A DNA stretch of 64,000 nucleotides from Corallococcus coralloides (GTDB lineage Bacteria > Myxococcota > Myxococcia > Myxococcales > Myxococcaceae). The stretch is taken from the NCBI RefSeq assembly GCF_044792175.1, contig NZ_CP172866.1; one strand, 5' to 3'. A program made the translations under genes and the position numbers. The notes beneath the pieces are model-generated. The model made no database searches. It was given only the letters and a program-made list of their open reading frames with translations, and had not been told where the DNA came from. Positions 28,787-47,276 of this stretch are shown here, piece after piece (positions within the stretch are counted from its first letter, which is position 1; every line of letters starts with the position of its first letter).

Positions 28787-28859
28787 GCCGGTGTAGCTCA
28801 GTCGGTAGAGCAACTGATTTGTAATCAGTAGGTCGCGGGTTCAAATCCCGCCGCCGGCC
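28787..28859 (+). tRNA. tRNA-Thr (anticodon TGT).
   Basis: It reads GCCGGTGTAGCTCAGTCGGTAGAGCAACTGATTTGTAATCAG...GGTTCAAATCCCGCCGCCGGCC, folds as a cloverleaf and has the anticodon loop TTTGTAA. Confidence 0.85.
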
Positions 28860-28941
28860 AGGTAGGACGGGCCGCGGAAAAGGGCCCGGGACGCAGCGAG
28901 ATGGTGTAGTGAGCAGCACGCAGCACGACAAGCGAATATCT

Positions 28942-29026
28942 GGAGAGATGCCCGAGCGGCCAAAGGGAGCAGACTGTAAATCTGCCGGCTCTACGCCTAC
29001 GGTGGTTCGAATCCACCTCTCTCCAC
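28942..29026 (+). tRNA. tRNA-Tyr (anticodon GTA), with a long variable arm.
   Basis: It reads GGAGAGATGCCCGAGCGGCCAAAGGGAGCAGACTGTAAATCTGC...GGTTCGAATCCACCTCTCTCCA and has the anticodon loop CTGTAAA. Confidence 0.85.
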
Positions 29027-29034
29027 TCGGCAAT

Positions 29035-29107
<73 letters not shown>

Positions 29108-29131
29108 CCAACCGTTGTAGTGAATCGCCAA

Positions 29132-29204
29132 GCCCTGATAGCTCAGTTGGCAGAGCGCATCCTTGGTAAGGATGAGGTCACCAGTTCAATCCTGGTTCAG
29201 GGCT
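29132..29204 (+). tRNA. tRNA-Thr (anticodon GGT).
   Basis: It reads GCCCTGATAGCTCAGTTGGCAGAGCGCATCCTTGGTAAGGATG...AGTTCAATCCTGGTTCAGGGCT, has the anticodon loop TTGGTAA, and a CCA is encoded. Confidence 0.85.
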
Positions 29205-29223
29205 CCATTTTTCGAGGAGTGTC

Positions 29224-30414
<1,191 letters not shown>

Positions 30415-30508
30415 TCGGCTTCCCGCCGACCGGCTTTCACGGGCACTGAGTTGCGGAGGGGAGGGCTGCTTTTGTAGCCTTCCCTTCTCGCATCTGGTGA
30501 AATGAACC

Positions 30509-30673
30509 ATGCCTAAGGGTAACCGTTCCATCATCTCGCTCGAGTGCACCACGTGCAAAGAGCGGAACTACACGACCACGAAGAACAAGCGGAAGAGCCA
30601 GGACAAGCTTGAGCTGAGCAAGTTCTGCCCTCGCTGCCGCAAGCACACGGACCACAAGGAAGGCAAGGTCTAG
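30509..30673 (+). CDS. rpmG: 50S ribosomal protein L33.
   Basis: The sequence [54 protein letters not shown] is 54 aa, below the ORF-track length cut-off, and has a zinc-ribbon CxxC...CxxC. Confidence 0.85.
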   Translation: MPKGNRSIISLECTTCKERNYTTTKNKRKSQDKLELSKFCPRCRKHTDHKEGKV

Positions 30674-30695
30674 GTCGTCGGTTTCATGAAGGTTT

Positions 30696-30768
30696 AGGCC
30701 AGTAGCTCCAACGGTAGAGCAGCGGTCTCCAAATCCGCGTGTTGGGGGTTCGAATCCCTCCTGGCCTG
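30696..30768 (+). tRNA. tRNA-Trp (anticodon CCA).
   Basis: It reads AGGCCAGTAGCTCCAACGGTAGAGCAGCGGTCTCCAAATCCGC...GGTTCGAATCCCTCCTGGCCTG, has the anticodon loop CTCCAAA, and a CCA is encoded. Confidence 0.85.
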
Positions 30769-30859
30769 CCAGCTTCAGTACAGGGACCCCCGGTACCGAG
30801 CGGTGCCGGGGGTCCCTGCCTTTTCGCAGTCCCGCTTCCGCAGTCCCTCGTGAGGCACC

Positions 30860-31303
30860 ATGGCGACGGCATCTGAGGCCAGCCAGCAGGCTAACCGCTC
30901 GGGCATCGACCCCAAGCGGCTCGTGGTCATCTTCTATCTCGTCTCCGGCATCGTCCTGGCCCTCTTCCTGGAGCACGTCTTCGGGTTGCTCTGGAGCCGG
31001 TTCGGCTGGAGCGACGCGGAGCTCTTCGAGGGCCTCGGCTGGCGCGTGTCGACCCTGGTGGGCTACGCGGCCGGCTTGGCCGTGGTGCTGGCGGCCTACT
31101 TCCACCCTCGCACGCACGCCCTCTCCATCGACGTGGCGTCCGAGCTGATGAAGGTCACCTGGCCTACTTGGTCGGAGACCCGCGCATCGACCATGGCCGT
31201 GGTCGTCGCCTCGCTGGTGGCGGCCGTTCTTCTCTTTTGCATCGACACCGTCGCCTACAACTTGATGGTGGAGTGGCTGCCTGCGCTGTGGGGGAAGCTG
31301 TAA
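30860..31303 (+). CDS. secE: Preprotein translocase subunit SecE.
   Basis: It has three TM segments and the conserved C-terminal helix ELMKVTWPTWSETRASTMAVVVASLVAAVLLFCIDTV. Its stop overlaps the nusG ATG (TAATG). Confidence 0.85.
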   Translation: MATASEASQQANRSGIDPKRLVVIFYLVSGIVLALFLEHVFGLLWSRFGWSDAELFEGLGWRVSTLVGYAAGLAVVLAAYFHPRTHALSIDVASELMKVTWPTWSETRASTMAVVVASLVAAVLLFCIDTVAYNLMVEWLPALWGKL

Positions 31304-31851
31304 TGGCGAAGAAATGGTTCACGGTCCAGACCTACTCGAACTACGAGAACCAGGCGAAGAAGAACCTGGAAGAGCAGGTGCGCCTCAAGGGCCTGCAGGA
31401 CCAGGATCTGATTGGTGAGATCCTCATCCCCATGGAGCAGGTCGTGGAGATGGTGAACGGCGAGAAGAAGACCACCCGCCGCAAGCTGTTTCCGGGCTAC
31501 ATCTTCGTCCAGATGGAGCTCAGCGACACCACCGTCCACCTGGTGAAGAACACCTCCAAGGTGACGGGGTTCCCGGGCGTCGGCCAGAACGAGCAGCCCC
31601 GGCCCATGTCGGACCGCGAGGTCGAGCGCCTCACCGCGCAGGTCACCGAGGGCGCCCACAAGGCCAAGCCCAAGGTCCAGTTCGAGACCAGCGACACGGT
31701 GCGCGTCATCGACGGCCCGTTCGCCAACTTCAATGGCACCGTGGAAGAGGTCAACCCGGAGAAGGGCCGCGTGCGCGTGCTCGTCAGCATCTTCGGCCGT
31801 GCGACCCCCGTGGAGCTCGACTTCATGCAGGTGGAGAAGACCACCGGCTAG
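31303..31851 (+). CDS. nusG: Transcription termination/antitermination factor NusG.
   Basis: It has MAKKWFTVQTYSNYENQAKKNL (NGN domain) and a C-terminal KOW domain VRVIDGPFANFNGTVEEV. It lies in the frame of track ORF 31168..31851. Confidence 0.9.
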   Translation: MAKKWFTVQTYSNYENQAKKNLEEQVRLKGLQDQDLIGEILIPMEQVVEMVNGEKKTTRRKLFPGYIFVQMELSDTTVHLVKNTSKVTGFPGVGQNEQPRPMSDREVERLTAQVTEGAHKAKPKVQFETSDTVRVIDGPFANFNGTVEEVNPEKGRVRVLVSIFGRATPVELDFMQVEKTTG

Positions 31852-31959
31852 TTTCACAAGTCTTCCGCGCCCGGGTGACGGGCGCGGATCAACGGGTGGG
31901 AGGGTCGCCCCGTCTGGCGGCCCGTCGGAACCACCCTCTCGAAAGGCAGCAGTCCGCCG
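31852..31959 (+). promoter_or_regulatory. Putative rplK-rplA leader, the region where the L1 autoregulatory site would be expected.
   Basis: This is a 108-nt untranslated gap between nusG and rplK. The assignment is by position and by analogy with the L11 operon leader in other bacteria, and the structure was not verified. Confidence 0.25.
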
Positions 31960-32406
31960 ATGAAGAAGGTCACAGGTCAGGTCAAGTTGCAGATCCCCGC
32001 CGGCAAGGCGAACCCCGCCCCGCCGATTGGTCCCGCGCTCGGTCAGCAGGGCGTGAACATCATGGAGTTCTGCAAGCAGTTCAACGCCAAGACGCAGGCG
32101 GAGGCCAAGGAGGGTCTGATCATCCCGGTGATCATCACCGTGTATCAGGACCGCTCCTTCACCTTCATCCTGAAGACCCCTCCCGCCGCCATCCTCATCA
32201 AGAAGGCCGCGGGTCTCCACACGGAGAAGAAGAAGGGTTCGGGCGCGAAGAAGCCGGGCAAGGAGAAGGTGGGGCAGATCACCCGCAAGCAGCTCGAGGA
32301 GATCGCCAACAAGAAGATCCAGGACACCACCGCCGCGTCCATCGAAGCCTGCATGAACACCATTGCTGGCACCGCGCGCTCCATGGGCATCGACGTCGTC
32401 GGCTAG
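31960..32406 (+). CDS. rplK: 50S ribosomal protein L11.
   Basis: It has [39 protein letters not shown]. Confidence 0.95.
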   Translation: MKKVTGQVKLQIPAGKANPAPPIGPALGQQGVNIMEFCKQFNAKTQAEAKEGLIIPVIITVYQDRSFTFILKTPPAAILIKKAAGLHTEKKKGSGAKKPGKEKVGQITRKQLEEIANKKIQDTTAASIEACMNTIAGTARSMGIDVVG

Positions 32407-32434
32407 CCCGCCCTCTCTCTCAAGGATTCCTGCA

Positions 32435-33148
32435 ATGGCTAACTCCGGAAAGAAGTTCCGCGCGTCCAACGAGCTGGTGGACCGCAACAAGCGCTACCCC
32501 GTCGCCGAGGGTTTCGCGCTGCTGAAGAAGACGGTCGAGGCCCGCGCGACGAAGTACGACCAGACGGTCGACGTCGCCATCAACCTGGGCGTGGACCCGA
32601 AGCACGCGGACCAGATGGTCCGCGGCGCCGTGGTGCTCCCGCACGGCACCGGCGCCACCGTGCGCGTGGCCGTGTTCGCCAAGGGTGAGCGCGCCACCGA
32701 GGCCGCCAACGCCGGCGCGGACATCGTCGGCGCCGAGGACCTCCAGAAGCGCATCGAGGAGGGCTTCCTCGATTTCGACACCGTCATCGCGACGCCGGAC
32801 ATGATGGGCATCGTCGGCCGCCTCGGTAAGGTGCTCGGTCCCCGCGGCCTCATGCCGAACCCGAAGGTCGGCACCGTGACCATGGACGTCGCCAAGGCCA
32901 TCCGCGACTCCAAGGGCGGTAAGGTGGACTTCCGCGCGGAGAAGGCGGGCATCGTCCACGCCAAGATGGGCAAGGCCTCCTTCGCCTCGGACAAGCTCGA
33001 GGCGAACTTCAACGCGCTGGTGGACCTGGTGATGAAGCTCAAGCCGGCCACCGCCAAGGGCGTGTACCTGAAGGGCATCGCCATCTCGACGACCATGGGG
33101 CCGGGCATCAAGCTCGACACCCAGGAAATCCTGGCGCGTCACCGCTAA
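32435..33148 (+). CDS. rplA: 50S ribosomal protein L1.
   Basis: It starts [31 protein letters not shown], is L1-like along its whole length, and lies in the frame of ORF 32363..33148. Confidence 0.95.
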   Translation: MANSGKKFRASNELVDRNKRYPVAEGFALLKKTVEARATKYDQTVDVAINLGVDPKHADQMVRGAVVLPHGTGATVRVAVFAKGERATEAANAGADIVGAEDLQKRIEEGFLDFDTVIATPDMMGIVGRLGKVLGPRGLMPNPKVGTVTMDVAKAIRDSKGGKVDFRAEKAGIVHAKMGKASFASDKLEANFNALVDLVMKLKPATAKGVYLKGIAISTTMGPGIKLDTQEILARHR

Positions 33149-33545
33149 TCGCGGGTGTCAGGACGGGCAGGGAAGGGTGCGCTCCCTCACAGGGAGCGCC
33201 AGTCCTGTCGCCCGGAGAACGTCATCCAGATAGAAAGTGCTGGATCTTTGCGAAAGCCGGGGGTATAGGCCCCCGGCTTTTGCAATTGGAGCGCCATGTC
33301 GAGAGACGCGGCGTTCCGACCTGGTTCATGACAGCAGGGACCTGGATTGGGGAAGGCGCGTCCGTTGGGAACCGGGCAACCGGTCGGGCCGTCCATCCGC
33401 TCCTGGTTCAAACGGCCGCAAGGCCAGCCCTGCCGAGACTGGAGGTGCGGTGTGGTGCCTCTCGGAGGCTCCTCTCTCGCTCTGCCACTTTGGCCCAGGC
33501 ATCACGCCCGACCGTCAAGTCGGGCCATGAAGGAGGTGAGTCAAG
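33149..33545 (+). promoter_or_regulatory. Long (~400 nt) rplJ leader region, a probable L10(L12)4 autoregulatory leader.
   Basis: The untranslated gap between rplA and rplJ is unusually long and GC-rich, with multiple potential stems. The call is positional and the structure was not verified. Confidence 0.4.
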
Positions 33546-34067
33546 GTGCTGAAGAGCGAGAAGGAAGAGATGATCAAGGAGCTTCACGAGAAGTTTTCGC
33601 GGACCAAGACCGCGGTGCTCGTGGAGTCCTCCAAGGTGAACGTCGAGACCGTCACCAAGCTGCGTCGCAAGTTCCGCGAGGGCAAGGTCGAGTACAAGGT
33701 CATCAAGAACACGCTGGCGCGCCGTGCCGCTCAGGGTACGACCGTCTCCGCGATTTCTGATGACTTCACCGGTCCCGTGGCGCTGTGCATCAGCTACGAC
33801 GACGAGGTGGCTCCTGCGAAGATCCTGATGGATTTCATCAAGGACATGGAGACCATCAAGGTCCGTAGCGCCGTCGTCGCCGGTAACAAGGTCGACGCCA
33901 ACGGCGTGAAGGCACTGGCGAAGCTGCCGGGCCTCAATGAGCTGCGCGGGATGTTGCTCGGCATGCTCAACCAGCCTGCAGGCAAGCTGGTCCGGACCAT
34001 CGCGGCCCCCGGGTCGCAGCTCGCGCGCGTCATCCAGGCGCACGCGGACAAGGCGCAGGGGCAGTAA
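33546..34067 (+). CDS. rplJ: 50S ribosomal protein L10 (GTG start).
   Basis: It reads (M)LKSEKEEMIKELHEKFSRTKTAVLVESSKV, and the codon at 33546 is GTG. Confidence 0.9.
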   Translation: MLKSEKEEMIKELHEKFSRTKTAVLVESSKVNVETVTKLRRKFREGKVEYKVIKNTLARRAAQGTTVSAISDDFTGPVALCISYDDEVAPAKILMDFIKDMETIKVRSAVVAGNKVDANGVKALAKLPGLNELRGMLLGMLNQPAGKLVRTIAAPGSQLARVIQAHADKAQGQ

Positions 34068-34156
34068 TCGTCCCGAGAAGTTTTTCTACCGCAACCTCTT
34101 CGGCCGAGCCGCCCAAATGGGTCGCCGGCCGTTAGTCAACCAGAAGGAACAGTTCC

Positions 34157-34528
34157 ATGGCCGATTTGAACGCGATTGCTGAAGAACTCTCGAAGCTCAC
34201 CGTCCTCGAGGCGGGCGAGCTCGTGAAGCTGCTGGAGAACAAGTGGGGCGTTTCCGCCGCCGCGGTGGCCGTTGCCGCCGCCGGCCCCGCCGCCGCCGCC
34301 GCTCCTGTCGAGGAGAAGACGGAGTTCAACGTGGTGCTGGCGAACGCCGGCGCCAACAAGATCAACGTCATCAAGGAGATCCGCGCCATCACCGGCCTGG
34401 GCCTGAAGGAGGCCAAGGACCTGGTCGAGGGCGCGCCCAAGACGGTCAAGGAAGGCGTCAACAAGGACGACGCCAAGAAGATCAAGGACCAGCTCACCGC
34501 GGCTGGCGCCACCGTCGAGATCAAGTAG
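34157..34528 (+). CDS. rplL: 50S ribosomal protein L7/L12.
   Basis: It has [32 protein letters not shown], an Ala-rich hinge and a C-terminal domain ending GATVEIK. Confidence 0.95.
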   Translation: MADLNAIAEELSKLTVLEAGELVKLLENKWGVSAAAVAVAAAGPAAAAAPVEEKTEFNVVLANAGANKINVIKEIRAITGLGLKEAKDLVEGAPKTVKEGVNKDDAKKIKDQLTAAGATVEIK

Positions 34529-34709
34529 TTCTGTACAGGGGCTGCCCTGTTCTTCCGGGAAATCCCGGGTAGCCGCCTGATCGGATGAGCAGGCCGGCGC
34601 TCCCTTTGCTGGGGCGCCGGCTTTGCCCATTTGACATTTGCCAAATTTCCCGGCGCCGCCGCGCGTTACTGAAGTTTGCCCCGCCCGAGCAGCCGTCCCC
34701 GGAGACCGA
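34529..34709 (+). promoter_or_regulatory. rplL-rpoB intergenic region with hairpins, a putative attenuator.
   Basis: Right after the rplL stop is the hairpin cagggg-ctg-ccctg followed by ttcttcc, then ccgggaaatcccgg. This is consistent with the known partial terminator between rplL and rpoB in other bacteria. Confidence 0.3.
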
Positions 34710-38936
<4,227 letters not shown>

Positions 38937-39075
38937 GGCCTAGGCCTTTTCAAAGAAGCCGGTGCGCCCGCCTGACCGGCTGGCTGCTCCCTCGTGGAGG
39001 GAGCGGCTGGCCGGGCGCAGGGCGGGGGCCCGAAACGTTTGGCGCCTGAGGCGCTCATAAGTTTTCGGAGGCAAC

Positions 39076-43287
<4,212 letters not shown>

Positions 43288-43324
43288 TGCTTGCGTAGGG
43301 AGCGTCCCTGACGCTTCGTGAGTC

Positions 43325-43378
43325 CGCCGCCGTCCTGGTGTCATGCCGGGGCGGCGGCTTTCTCGTTTTGCACACTTC
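43325..43378 (+). terminator. Rho-independent terminator after rpoC.
   Basis: A GC stem of ccgccgccg and ggcggcgg arms with a ~12-nt loop is followed by tttctcgtttt. Confidence 0.5.
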
Positions 43379-43390
43379 GTTTCCTGTTCG

Positions 43391-43425
43391 CTTGACAGCA
43401 TGTCGCGGTGCGTTATCTTGACGCA
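43391..43425 (+). promoter_or_regulatory. Putative sigma70-like promoter for the phasin-like gene.
   Basis: It has a consensus -35 TTGACA (43391-43396) and, 16 nt later, TATCTT. The assignment rests on sequence pattern only. Confidence 0.3.
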
Positions 43426-43465
43426 TCACGTTATGAGACCCGGAACACCCGGGGGGGAGCGCGAC

Positions 43466-43927
43466 ATGGCGACGACGACTGAGAAGGCTGACGCGAAGAC
43501 GGGCGTGACGCAGAACGTGGAGGCCTACCTGAAGGGGCGGTTCTCCGAGGCGCAGAAGCGGTTCCAGGGCCTGGAAGGGGAGGCGAACAAGGCCTTCCGT
43601 GCGCTGGAGACGCGGGGCCAGGTGGCGGCGAAGGAGGTCCAGGCCCTCTGGACGAAGGTGCAGGCCGGTGAGCTGCGCGCCGACCCCCGGGTGCAGGAGC
43701 TTGGCAAGAAGGTGGACGCCGCGGGCGTGGAGCTGCGCAAGCGGCTGGATGGGCTCCAGACGAAGGTCGTGGAGGCGGTGGGAGTTGCCAGCCAGTCCCA
43801 GGTGGAGCAGATCACCCGGGAGCTGGGCCGCCTTTCGAAGAAGCTGGATGTGCTCCTGAAGCCCACCCGTCGTGCCCACCGGACGACCAAGAATTCGGGC
43901 AGCGGGGCGTCTTCTCCGCGGGCCTGA
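43466..43927 (+). CDS. Phasin-family / PHA-granule-associated-like coiled-coil protein (153 aa).
   Basis: It reads MATTTEKADAKTGVTQNVEAYLKGRFSEAQKRFQGLEGEANKAFRALETRG, with heptad-like Lys/Glu periodicity and a basic tail. It lies in the frame of ORF 43343..43927. Confidence 0.5.
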   Translation: MATTTEKADAKTGVTQNVEAYLKGRFSEAQKRFQGLEGEANKAFRALETRGQVAAKEVQALWTKVQAGELRADPRVQELGKKVDAAGVELRKRLDGLQTKVVEAVGVASQSQVEQITRELGRLSKKLDVLLKPTRRAHRTTKNSGSGASSPRA

Positions 43928-43977
43928 GCAGCGTTTTCATCACCCATGGGGTGTGCTTAGGTCGCAAACCCCTTTGA

Positions 43978-44382
43978 ATGCCCAGGGTTCCTTCCATTGG
44001 AAGGGCCCGGGGTAACTCCCGGAGCGACTTCATGGACAACAACACCGAGGCCCCCCGAGAGAAGACCTCCGTGGCGGAGGCATTCGAGCGGATCTGGAGC
44101 CAGGCGCTCCTGGCGGTGAACACGGCGGAGGAGGAGGCTTCCCGCGCCGTGCAGCGCGTGGCGTCCGTCGCGGGCTGGAGCCAGGACGAGGTGAAGCGCC
44201 AGGCCCGTGAGTTCGCGGAGCGGCTGACGGGGCACCGCAAGGACCTGGAGCACAACGTGGAGGAGCGGGTCCGCACGGCCCTGACCCTCCTGAAGCTGCC
44301 GCGCCGCGAGGAGCTGCAGGCATTCGGAGCCCGCCTGGAGCGTCTGAGCGAACGCATCCAGGCCCTGGAGCACCGCAAGTGA
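43978..44382 (+). CDS. Second phasin-like coiled-coil protein (alternative start at 44032, MDNNTEAP).
   Basis: Its C-terminal segment LTLLKLPRREELQAFGARLERLSERIQALE is typical of the C-terminal helix of phasin/PhaF-like proteins. Confidence 0.5.
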   Translation: MPRVPSIGRARGNSRSDFMDNNTEAPREKTSVAEAFERIWSQALLAVNTAEEEASRAVQRVASVAGWSQDEVKRQAREFAERLTGHRKDLEHNVEERVRTALTLLKLPRREELQAFGARLERLSERIQALEHRK

Positions 44383-45140
44383 GTGGACCCGCCGCCTCGG
44401 GCGGCAGGTCGTTGGGAACGCGGTTCTTCGCGGGGCTGCATGCCCTGAGCAGCGGGTGCTCCCGGCTCCCGCTGCTCGCGGGCGTGGCGCTCGTGGTGTC
44501 CGCGCGGGTGGTGCCCCTCCTGGAGGAGTCCGCCCCCCAGCCCGTGGTCCCCGAGGTGGTGGCGCAGGAGGCCGTCTCCGAGGAGGCGGCCCTCATCGAC
44601 GCCGTGCTGGCCAAGCGCGCTCCGGACCTGGGGCTCACGCTGCGCCGGCGGCTGGGGCAGGCCATCGACGAGGAGTCGCGCCGCACGGGGTATGACCCGC
44701 TGCTGGTGCTGGCCCTCATCGACGTGGAGTCCGACTTCGAGGAGGAGTCCGTCTCCGAGAAGGGCGCCCGGGGCCTGATGCAGATCAAGCCCAGCACGCT
44801 GCACTTCCTGGCGGAGAAGGAGGGCCTGCGGCTGTCGCGCGAGGAGGTGGTGGCGGATCCCGCCGTCTGCGTGCGCCTGGGCATCCGCTACCTGCGCAAC
44901 CTGCAGGGCCGCTTCGGCGGCGACCTGGACCTGGCGCTGATGGCCTACAACGCCGGCCCCACGCGCATCCGGGACGCCATGAAGGCCGGGGAGCTGGAGA
45001 AGTTCCGCCGCTACCCCCGGGCCGTGCGGCGCGACTTCCGCCGCTTCCGCGAGGGCCATGGCTTGGGCGGGGACTGGGCGCTCGCGCAGCGCGAGCTGCC
45101 TCCGCCGGCGCCCGACGAGACGCCGACCGCCGCGCCCTGA
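44379..45140 (+). CDS. Lytic transglycosylase (SLT domain), membrane-anchored.
   Basis: It has LIDVESDFEEESVSEKGARGLMQIKPST and LMAYNAGPTRI (SLT catalytic Glu and AYNAG motif). Its GTG start overlaps the preceding stop. Confidence 0.8.
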   Translation: MSGPAASGGRSLGTRFFAGLHALSSGCSRLPLLAGVALVVSARVVPLLEESAPQPVVPEVVAQEAVSEEAALIDAVLAKRAPDLGLTLRRRLGQAIDEESRRTGYDPLLVLALIDVESDFEEESVSEKGARGLMQIKPSTLHFLAEKEGLRLSREEVVADPAVCVRLGIRYLRNLQGRFGGDLDLALMAYNAGPTRIRDAMKAGELEKFRRYPRAVRRDFRRFREGHGLGGDWALAQRELPPPAPDETPTAAP

Positions 45141-45292
45141 CGGCCTTCGCGGCTGGACTGGAAGACGGGCCCCCGGGTGAATGTTCGGGGCGGCGGAGCG
45201 CTCCAAGGTGGGCCGTCCCCGCCTTGTCCCGCTCCCCCGGGTGCGCTAAGTCGTTCGCAAGCTCCCGGGACTGTTGAGGATTCCCAGGAGGA

Positions 45293-45985
45293 ATGCCCGC
45301 CATGCCCCGTCCATCCGCCCGCATCGCCATCACCCTCGCGGCCTCGCTCGTCCCCATGCTGGCCCTGGCCGGTTCGGTCTTCCTGAACGGCGTGAAGATC
45401 GACGGGGTGACGAACACGCGCTTCGAGAAGGCCACCGTCCGCATCGACGCGGAGGGCAACGTCCACATCGACGCGCCGGGGTACGCCGCCCGCGTGACGA
45501 CCGTGACGCCCACGCCCCCGCCGCCTTCCACCGCCACGCCTCCGGCCGCCGCGCCCCTGGACGCGGGCGTCGCCGCGCAGGCCCCCGCGCCGGCCGCTCC
45601 CGCCGCTTCCGCGACCGCGCCGGGGCGCATCACCCAGCGCTACTGGCTGGTGACGGAGCAGACGACGCCGGGCATGACGGAGTTCGACATCGACGTGTAC
45701 GTGAACTCGCGCTGGCTGCGCCGTTTGCGCAACAACGAGGACCAGGTGGTGGTGGACATCACCAGCCAGTTGCGTCCCGGCGCGAACGCGGTGACGCTGA
45801 TTGCCCGCAAGCAGAGCGCGGGCAGCCGCCGGAGCACGTCCCCCGGGAACGTCTTCAAGGTGATCATCGGCGAGGGGAACGAGGGCGGCGGCAACGTGAT
45901 GATTGACACGCCCCTCATCCGCTTCCAGAAGACGGCTGCGGACTCGCAGGACGCGACCGAGGAGTTCACCCTCACCACCCGTTAG
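45293..45985 (+). CDS. Secreted hypothetical protein with a Pro/Ala/Thr-rich linker (230 aa).
   Basis: It has the signal peptide IAITLAASLVPMLALAGSV, a TPTPPPPSTATPPAAAP linker and a C-terminal globular part. No family was recognised. Confidence 0.5.
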   Translation: MPAMPRPSARIAITLAASLVPMLALAGSVFLNGVKIDGVTNTRFEKATVRIDAEGNVHIDAPGYAARVTTVTPTPPPPSTATPPAAAPLDAGVAAQAPAPAAPAASATAPGRITQRYWLVTEQTTPGMTEFDIDVYVNSRWLRRLRNNEDQVVVDITSQLRPGANAVTLIARKQSAGSRRSTSPGNVFKVIIGEGNEGGGNVMIDTPLIRFQKTAADSQDATEEFTLTTR

Positions 45986-46008
45986 GGTGCGCGGGAAGGG
46001 AGACGACG

Positions 46009-46473
46009 GTGTTCACCATCGACGAGCGCTACCGGGGCCTTCCCGCCAACCGCGACCAGGTGCTCGCGCTGCACCTGTCCCTCAACGCGCCGCACGTGGC
46101 CATCCCCGGCAAGCAGGCCGGGCCCGCGCAGGCCTTCGTGGTGGGGCTGCGCGGCGGTCAGGGCGCAGGCGTCTTCGTGTACCTGTACCTCGTGGAGGCG
46201 GGGGACTGCGCGGTGTACGTGTCCGGCCGGCGCATCCAGTCCGCGGATGAGCTGCGCGAGGACGAGGACGACGCGCTCGCGTTCGTGGAGTCGCTGGGCT
46301 TCATGATGGACAACGCGAACTGGCGGGCCGCGGCCCCCGCGCAGCAGGACGAGTGGCTGAAGACGCTGCCCGTGTTCTTCCGGGAGCCCACGCTCGTGCC
46401 CGCCGTGAAGGCCCGCGCCGAAGAGAAGCGCAACGTCGCCACCACCCTGGGCCGCTTCCTGGCCGCGTTCTGA
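46009..46473 (+). CDS. Hypothetical cytoplasmic protein (154 aa, GTG start).
   Basis: It shows coding-frame GC3 bias and sits between the secreted protein and the TPR lipoprotein. No motif was recognised. Confidence 0.45.
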   Translation: MFTIDERYRGLPANRDQVLALHLSLNAPHVAIPGKQAGPAQAFVVGLRGGQGAGVFVYLYLVEAGDCAVYVSGRRIQSADELREDEDDALAFVESLGFMMDNANWRAAAPAQQDEWLKTLPVFFREPTLVPAVKARAEEKRNVATTLGRFLAAF

Positions 46474-46496
46474 CCCTCCACCCCGGATTGGCACCC

Positions 46497-47255
46497 ATGT
46501 CCCGCATCACTTCCTCCTGCTTCCTCGCGTTCGCGCTCGCGTCGGCGGGCTGTGCGCACGTCCCCACGGAGAAGGAGCGCCAGAGCTCGGAGATCCACTA
46601 CGACCTGGGCGTGCAGGCGCAGCAGCTCGGCCACGTGCAGGACGCGCTCGCGGAGTACCAGAAGGCGCTGGAGAAGAACCCGGACAACGCGGAGGCCCAC
46701 AACGCGGTGGGCCTGCTGCTGCACCTGTCCTTCCGGCGGCTCGACGAGGCGTCGTCCCACTACGAGAAGGCGCTGAAGCTGCGGCCGACCTTCTCCGACG
46801 CGCGCACCAACCTGGGCAACCTGCGGCTGGACCAGGGGCGCTACGACGACGCCATCAAGCTGTACGAGGAGTCGCTCAACGACATGCAGTACCGCTACGG
46901 CTTCTCCGCGCAGGGGAACATGGGCTGGGCGTTCTACAAGAAGGGCGACACGGCGAACGCGCTGCAGAACATCAAGGCCGCCGTCACCACCAACCCGGAC
47001 TTCTGCCTGGGCTACAAGAACCTGGGCATCATCTACGACGAGACGGGCAAGACGGAGGACGCGTGCCGGCAGTTCGGGCGCTACCGTGAGAAGTGCCCGG
47101 ACGTGGCGGACGCCTACCGCCGCGAAGGCGTGTGCCAGGCGAAGCTCGGGCGGGTGGACGAGGCGAAGAAGGCCTTCGCGGACTGCGAGGCCAAGGCCCA
47201 ATCCAACGAGCAGGAGCTCAAGGAAGACTGCCGCTCACTGCTGGACCACCTCTAG
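46497..47255 (+). CDS. tgl: TPR-repeat outer-membrane lipoprotein, Tgl-like (Tgl is the pilus-secretin assembly factor of type IV pili in M. xanthus).
   Basis: It has a lipobox FLAFALASAGC, five or six TPR units (AEYQKALEKNPDNAEAHNAVG, SHYEKALKLRPTFSDARTNLG and others) and is 252 aa. Its position about seven genes after rpoC matches my recollection of M. xanthus tgl. Confidence 0.5.
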   Translation: MSRITSSCFLAFALASAGCAHVPTEKERQSSEIHYDLGVQAQQLGHVQDALAEYQKALEKNPDNAEAHNAVGLLLHLSFRRLDEASSHYEKALKLRPTFSDARTNLGNLRLDQGRYDDAIKLYEESLNDMQYRYGFSAQGNMGWAFYKKGDTANALQNIKAAVTTNPDFCLGYKNLGIIYDETGKTEDACRQFGRYREKCPDVADAYRREGVCQAKLGRVDEAKKAFADCEAKAQSNEQELKEDCRSLLDHL

Positions 47256-47276
47256 CCGCGGGGGCCCCGAAAGACC

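Noticed and set aside
30415-30508. A hairpin (tcggc-ttccc-gccga) after tuf considered as an intrinsic terminator.
   Set aside because: The stem is short and is not followed by a T-run. rpmG follows closely and is probably co-transcribed.
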